This document shows, in pieces, positions 18,434-25,000 of a stretch of DNA of 25,000 bases (position 1 is its first letter; the number at the start of each line of letters is the position of its first letter). This DNA comes from Takakia lepidozioides. Its lineage: Eukaryota > Plantae > Bryophyta. A model generated the notes under the pieces. That model was not told where the DNA came from, searched no databases, and worked only from the letters and a program-made list of their open reading frames with translations. Location of the stretch: positions 1-25,000 of the forward strand of contig JAKLZA010000017.1 in NCBI GenBank assembly GCA_030704615.1, in the 5' to 3' direction. The translations under genes were made by a program, and so were the position numbers.

Positions 18434-18541
18434 GTCAACTCTTGCAGCCTTTTTTTTTTTTTTTTTTAAATTAATGAACAGGGGGATTGTAGCCCTAGGA
18501 AACTTTATTATAAATTATGCATTGTCAACTCTTGCAGCCTT
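18434..18541 (-). mobile_element. Short 5'-truncated non-LTR (LINE/SINE-type) retro-insertion with poly(A) tail and target-site duplication
   Basis: Exact 18-bp direct repeat GTCAACTCTTGCAGCCTT at 18434-18451 and 18524-18541 flanks 72 nt. A T18 run (18450-18467) is a minus-strand poly(A), with AATAAA (plus TTTATT 18504-18509) upstream of it. Confidence 0.75.
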
Positions 18542-19574
18542 ACTTTCTGTGTGTCATTTTCGCAGCAGTTCATGCTTTTCATATGGTTTTTTTATTCCCA
18601 AACCAAGCGTCGTGACTTACCATGCCATTTTTCCTAGTCGATTGCAACATGGCTGTTCTTGCACTGGCGTGTTGCTTCATAATGAACCAGCAGTTTAGGT
18701 TTGACTTCAAAATGTCATTAATACCTGCCGGATTGGACAACATCGCAATAGTAATAGCAAGACTAGCATTTTAAGGCCCTTGCACAGCTGGTTTATGCTC
18801 AAGTCTGCTCCTATGCCTCAACTTGACGCCTTCTACTGATTGTCACAAGCAATTTCTTCTTTAGTTTTGTGTTTTGTGAGTTCAATTATGAAGGCCTTTC
18901 CTATATGAAGTTCTTTCTTTAACATCTGCCAATTTTTAAGCATTACAAAGCTTCTGTGGACGGGTTTGCTATTTTTGGTGTCTGTCTGTGTCTTCAATGT
19001 AGCTTTCTTCAGCTACACATTCCGCAGCCAGTAAAACCTAACATTGTTTTTGGAATCCCTGTGTCGGATCCTCTTGGTTTCACCACACTGTAGCGGCTCG
19101 ATCAATTGTGGATAGCTTCGTTTTGCAAAGTATATAATTTCAAAGGAGGGGCTCGACCAGTGTCTTTCTGATCAAAACGATTACAGGTAGATATGGCAAC
19201 CACGTATGTGTGGACAAACTGTTTTAGGATAGGTGGGGAATTTTCGTCGCAAATGAATATTCAAGGAAGAAACTTGTGTGCAAAACTGAATTTTGTGGCT
19301 TTGGCCGGTTCTTGGTGTCCTTCCCTCATCTTTGTAGTCCTCATGGCTTTGATGTGGTTTTCATTTTTCCCCTTAGTGAAGTCTTCATGGTCTTCGACTT
19401 TTTGAAAAAACAAAATATGCCACCACCTTAATGCTTTTGAACTTCTGTCTCCTCCTACCCAGGTCAAAGCAACAAATTGATCTTGCAGCCTGATGTGTCT
19501 ATGGATAGATGGAAGCGGTCCAATGGATGTAGCTGGGGCCACCGATTTTTCAATGTCCAGATTTTAGTAAGCGC

Positions 19575-22500
19575 ATGGCCCAAGGTGCAGTTGCAGTGAT
19601 GAGTTCATCATCACAGGATTCAACACTGCTGAAGTGGGTGAAGTCACCCCTCCAGATGTCCGGCAGCCACACTTTGAATATCTCCGGAGGCAGGGTGAGC
19701 CTGCACATGCCTCGCCCTCCCACCTGCCTCCATCATTCAGGGTTTAACTTGCCGATCCACTTTGGTGAGTAGAGAGAAATAGCTTCTTCCTTTATCTCTG
19801 CTTGTAAGAAGACAAACAAGAAGAGGAATAGTTATTTATGGTTGAAGATACTCTGTCTGTAAAAACCTGGATGACAACATTTGGATTTGGCCAATTCACA
19901 AGGTCACATACTGTATCAAGGCCTGAAGAAATAATTTTTGTTTTTCATTACTTTATTTCTGGTGGTCCTCCCATATGATCCTTCTCATACTTCTCATTGA
20001 CACAGCAAAACCCTTGAGCTGATCGAAGTGGTATGCCACAGGGTCCTCAATGGTCAAGGTAGGCCTACAATATTTCAAAAGTTATGGATGGTTTCCACTC
20101 ACAGGTTTGGGTAACAGACATCAGGACCTTTGATAGTCAACAAGCAAATCCTGAAAGGCTTCTGGATATTCTTCATGCTTGTTCATTTTAGGTACAACAG
20201 GCCTGTCGGCAACTGCTCTGTGCCAAAGGCATGCTCGTGTTGCTGCAGGTGCTGCTTACTGACAACTGTAATCCTTGACAAGCAACTGCGTATCTGCTGC
20301 TTAGGTGCATGGGGAGAGGCCAGCAGTTGCTGGAGAGAGTGCAGACACTGGTCATTAATCCTACAATCAGGCCAAATAGCAATCAGTACCAAATAGCAGA
20401 ATTTCAGTGTGTAGGCAGGACAATCCTTTTCAGGGGTGATCTTGATATCTGGCAGGTGGTGGGGAAGAGTTAAATAATACATAGAAAAACAGTCTTAAGG
20501 GCCTGCTCAGGAGAAGCGACTTTTGATGGTAACCTGCTGGTATGAGAGCACCAGATCCAAATCTTTGCTAGTAATTGCGAAAGGTGTAGGGCGGGCCAGG
20601 CTCGAAAAAGTTCTAGATGTCCAGGACAGCTGAGGTTAAATAAGTTTTGAGTGAATGCAAACACACTTGGCATACTGCGAGTAGTCTATTAACACCCGCT
20701 GAATCACTTGATATTTCTTGGATGAGATTGCAGTCATCATTAGGGAGGGAGGATTCATCGGCAAGTCTGTCGCAGTTGGAGCAGGAAACTCTAGTACAAC
20801 TAAGGGGAGAAGAATGCACGTGCCTGTCAGCCAGTGTGCAGGCGCCACAGTGCTCAGTTCAAGAGCACCTGCAGCAAAGTACCATCGGGGATGGAGACAC
20901 CCACCTTGTGGAGTTTTCAATTGCCTTGCAAAGTATGTATGTCATCTCCTTGATTAAGTCAATATGACATGCTAATTTCAGTCTCCTGTCGGATGACAGT
21001 TCACTCTTACGAAGTTGTGAGGTGGTAGTCATTTTAAAGGGTGGCTGTTTTGGCTTTCCGTTCTTTGCTTGCACGGGTTGGCAAGCCACAGTGCCTGATT
21101 TTTTAGCTGTATAGGGGGCAGACCTTTTGGCTAACCAATTCCAGTCATGTTCCACATGCAGCTGTGACTAGGGCTCTCAGGCAGGTAGCAGAGAGCAAAG
21201 CCCGGGCCCAGGATGAGGCTGCTGAGTGGAAGCACAAGTATGAGATTGAACGGTTGCGACTCCTTGATCTAGAGCGACGTTCTGCTGATTGCATACGTCC
21301 CTCTTCAGGTGTGTAACAACCTTCACTCTCAAAGGGATACTAATTTTATCATGAAGACAAATTTTGGATGTAGTGTGCAGGATTGCAGAGGGACTGTGAC
21401 AGAGAGGTTCTCTAGTAGATTTTCATCAGTCACGCTTGCAACAAGCCTTGTATTTGTATAGGTGGGCTCCAGAACAAATAAACAAACATGACTGGAATAT
21501 TGACACTGGTAGACAAGTTGGTTGTATTTTACTAGCCCAATAAAGTTCTGGAGACCTGGCAGAAATGAAATATGAGAGGGCGTAACTTGCGCACTTGGAT
21601 GCAAAAAGTTCAGGTGGACAGAAATATGAGACATGGGAAAAATTGTAAGCAAATTGATTGAGTGCTCAAAACCCAGAAAGTTGTGCAGACCTGGCGGGAT
21701 GAAACAAGAGAGAGCACAATTTTTGCACCTGGATGTAAGACTTAATGGTCACAGAAAAATGACACCACTGGTCAACACAAGATGGAGACATAATCTTAAA
21801 GTGTGTATGATATGATGCAGAATAGCTGTTTGCAGGACTGTGATGCCAATTGTACACCCAAGAAGTCTTAAATTGATGGGAGGAGGAAAGCACTAGTCTG
21901 TGCATGTGAAGCACTTCAGTGTCAGTTGTAGACACCGAATTTTGAAATTTATCGTAAACCAAGCCAACCCCCTGGAATGGTGAGACAAGTAGAGCCACTG
22001 GAACAGGAAAATTGAGGATAGAGGACAGCAGGAATTACTCTCTTGTTACAGGCCAAAGCATTCAGGAAGTTCTACTTTCCCTGGCAGATTCTTGGAGTCT
22101 TGATGAGCGTCCTCCAGAATCAAAAACGCGAGACACCGAAACCAGGGAACCAAACTCATTGGAGTCACTGAGTGAGCCAAGTGGCCGGCTGTCACCAAGA
22201 AACAATGGTTGCTGCCTGAAAGAGGGCATCTGCAATGAGCAAGTCCTAGCCAACCATGGCTCCTCTCAGAAAGACCATCTGTCCGATGGCAAGCATCTCT
22301 TTGAAAAGGTCAGTCATGCTTCTTTCTCTCCCTGTGTGTCTGTCTTTTTCTGTGGCTGTGGATCTTGAGAACAAAAGTCCAAAAAAATTCCTTCCCTTAA
22401 GGTTCTGACCCTCTTGCTTCTTGTTCTTTACCAATTTGTCCCATCCTTGGGGCCCCCGTGGACAATGTACAATTTTTCTTTCTCTCCTCTCTCTCTCAGC

Positions 22501-25000
22501 CTCTGTCCTGGGTACTCCCACCAGAGAGACGCCCTCTTCCAATCCATAAAGAGATTTGTTCCTGGACCTCTGTACTGCTGGAAAAGTATCTCTGTGTTTC
22601 TCTTATGTTAGCTTCTTTCATGCTTGCATGAAATCTTCTCAGATGTTCCACAAGGATGGAAATCTACATGTATGTAGAAAGAGCTAACTGATTCAATGGA
22701 TAAGTTCAGGCACCATTTAGACTTGCATGGGGTGATGCAAGCGCAAATAGTGGAAGACACAAGCACGATATTGTATCCTTCGAAAACGGAAATATCACAA
22801 CAACTGTGCGAAACAGCAAGCAGGTAATTTCTTGTTGGTCACGTTATTCTGGTAGTTGTCTCATATAACTCTAATATACATTCTTATATCTCCCCTTTTC
22901 CGGTGAAGTAGCTGCTATCAGTTCTGGGTTTAGTGGTGATGGTGAAACAATGCACTGTTTTGTTTAACTGTCTTGTAGATCACATTGGTGTGGGACTCAC
23001 CTCCGCGATCAGTGTTGATCCTTTCCAAGCCCAACTCCTTGACAGTGCAGAGCCTCTGTCAAGAGATGGTGAGGTGAGTGATGCAGGTACACACCTCAAT
23101 TTAGACTTTTTCCACTGCTGACATGGGGTGGTTTCTTTGCAATATTGATGCATCCTTCCTACTTCATTTTGGGCTGAGTATTGTCTTTTGAGGTGATACG
23201 CTGGATCAGTTTTGGTTTGGAGATAATTGCATTCATGTGAAGGTCTGGCGCAACCATGTTGGTGATGTGTCGTCTCTTAAATCGGTGTAATGCCAGTTGG
23301 CTCGGGGAGAAGGGAATGGGAGTATATGTGGAGCCAACCGTAAAGAAAGAGCTGCTCAATGAGGGCCCAGAGTTCAGCTTTGTGCAGACTTTTGAATCAG
23401 GTAGTCCTCTTCTCTTCTATGCCAGTTATTTGTTGTTGTAGACTGATTTTGTATGCTATGTTTTGTCTTAGGAGAGGAGAAAATTGCTATGTGCTTCCTA
23501 TTTAGGGTGTGAGTTTCCCATTTTGAAGAGAGAGAGACAAGACTAATGGATTGTCATATGAATGTTGACGATGGCATCAAAAGTGCATAGTGCTCACAGG
23601 ATATTAACCCTCCCAGCCCATGGGTTTGGCACGCACCAGAGTAGGAAGTCAGCTTTATAGACAACACCAAACTGGTCATGGGGAGATTGTATGCTCCTTA
23701 AAGGGGCATCAAACTTAAGAGAAAACACCAACTGAGCACTGCAATTGTCAGACATAGAGAGGTGTTGATTTGACTGGACAAAAAGAGACGAGAGATCATC
23801 AGAGAAGGGACCTAGTGACAACATTCTGATGGCAGCTGCTGTTAATTGACAGAGAAGGAAGTGCTGTATATGCACAAAATGGTGGACTTGGTTATCACTC
23901 TGGGTGGTGATGGCACTGTACTCTGGGTAATCGCTCAACCATCCCATCCCTCCCTCTCAACTCACAAGACTAGGCCCCCCTCTGTCCTCCCCAGTGGGGC
24001 CTTCTGTCGATTTGCAGGTTCTGGTCACTCTGCGTTTAGGCTGATCCTCTGTTGCCGCAGGCCTCTCAGATAGCACTCTCAAGCTATTTTGCCACTTCTC
24101 TTCTTCTTTCTGGGGGTCCTGTGGACATAATCTGTACTTCTTTCTTTCTGTCTGCCTATGACGTTTTCTTTCCTAGACAAGAAAGAAAACTTGCATTTGT
24201 TGCAGTTAGACTTGTTGTCATCGGATTGGATTGGCGAGGAATTTCAGCTACCCATGGCTTTCTCTTGTGACTCTTCATAGTTGGCACTGAGGATGACTGG
24301 TTTGTACATGTTTGCAGGCAGCATCATTGTTCAAGGGTCCAGTGCCCCCTTTGGTGGCCTTCTCCATGGGATCTCTTGGCTTTATGACTCCCTTTCGTAT
24401 CCTCCCATCATTCCACCTTTCTGTTTGGCTGTGGGGCAATTCATATTCAGATTGTTACTTATATCAACTCATTGATGCATTTGTTGGCTTCATGTAAGAA
24501 AAAAGGGCCCTTCTCTGTGAACATGGTCTATGACATATCCCTGATGGTAGAGGGCTGATAATTCTACCCCGAGTCAGTTGTTGGGCCAGTGCATGAAAAC
24601 TGAGCCCAAACTTTGTGTAGGAGCTCTCTCTCAGCTGTGGGCTGTCTGAGCTCAAGGTTGACTGCCTGCCAATTTAAGGACTGAGACCTTGTAGCACTAA
24701 ATAATGGAGAAAATGAGGAATCTTCACAAGTTCCAAAAGGACGGGGAGAGAGAAAGACACTCAAAAAGTCACAATGTACAAATGCACCCGCAAGAAGGCC
24801 TTAACCCTGTTCTGTAAAGAGAGTGAACAGTACCGCGAATGTCTCCAAACTGTGATGAAGGGGCCTGTTTTTATCACTCTCCGTCATCGTCTACATTGCC
24901 GGATTGTTCGTAAACCAGAAAATGGGGGAGGGGATCCCAGTCGAACTTCCGAACCTGAAGACTATGTGGTATTGAATGAGGTGGCAATTGATCGGGGCAT
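19575..25000 (+). CDS. NADK1: NAD(H) kinase, NADK1-like; 3' end beyond the window. Exons: (19575-19694 provisional), 20734-20932, 21162-21308, 22052 or 22088-22308, 22710-22823, 22979-23073, 23297-23400, 23853-23926, 24318-24396, 24820->25000
   Basis: Spliced translation: ...[12 protein letters not shown]|[31 protein letters not shown]...|APFRLAWG...[22 protein letters not shown]|[20 protein letters not shown]...|[19 protein letters not shown]...|[15 protein letters not shown]|[26 protein letters not shown]|QSEQYRECL...ITLRHRLHC...[14 protein letters not shown] and NE motifs are present and phases are consistent. First coding exon is uncertain; ATG 20722 is an alternative start. Confidence 0.92.
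24397..24819 (+). other. U12-type (minor spliceosome) GT-AG intron in the NAD kinase gene
   Basis: 5' splice site GTATCCTCC (U12 consensus RTATCCTT); branch site CCTTAAC at 24799-24805, 14 nt before the intron end; no long polypyrimidine tract. Splicing restores TPF-Q-SEQYR. Confidence 0.85.

Noticed and set aside
22470-22520. Strong polypyrimidine acceptor at 22499 (cryptic or micro-exon)
   Set aside because: The tract is a CT repeat, no convincing partner donor exists, and the flanking exons already join correctly.
1-25000. CRISPR arrays, operons, defence systems, rRNA, intact tRNA, transposase or RT ORFs
   Set aside because: None seen; the window is spliceosomal-intron-containing plant nuclear DNA.

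Overview
Eukaryotic nuclear DNA from a land plant, probably a non-seed plant such as a bryophyte (inferred from GIF sequence style, low confidence). The ORF track misses spliced and edge-truncated genes. Manual reading gives six protein-coding genes. (1) A PX/PH-type phospholipase D zeta on the minus strand, running off the left edge, with ~495 uninterrupted codons. (2) A divergent 2-exon secreted At4g14100-like protein. (3) An intronless PARN/AHG2 deadenylase with a transit-peptide-like extension. (4) An intronless p23 Hsp90 co-chaperone on the minus strand. (5) A 4-exon GRF-interacting factor (GIF) head-to-head with p23. (6) A multi-exon NADK1-like NAD kinase running off the right edge, containing a U12-type intron. 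Non-coding signals of note: two tandem AUG-stop minimal uORFs in the PLD leader; a G-quadruplex motif abutting the PARN start codon; a poly(A)-tailed 72-nt retro-insertion with an 18-bp target-site duplication; a P1BS motif cluster; and a Pol III A/B-box-like element. No rRNA, intact tRNA, CRISPR or autonomous transposon was seen, and I found no convincing novel multi-gene system.
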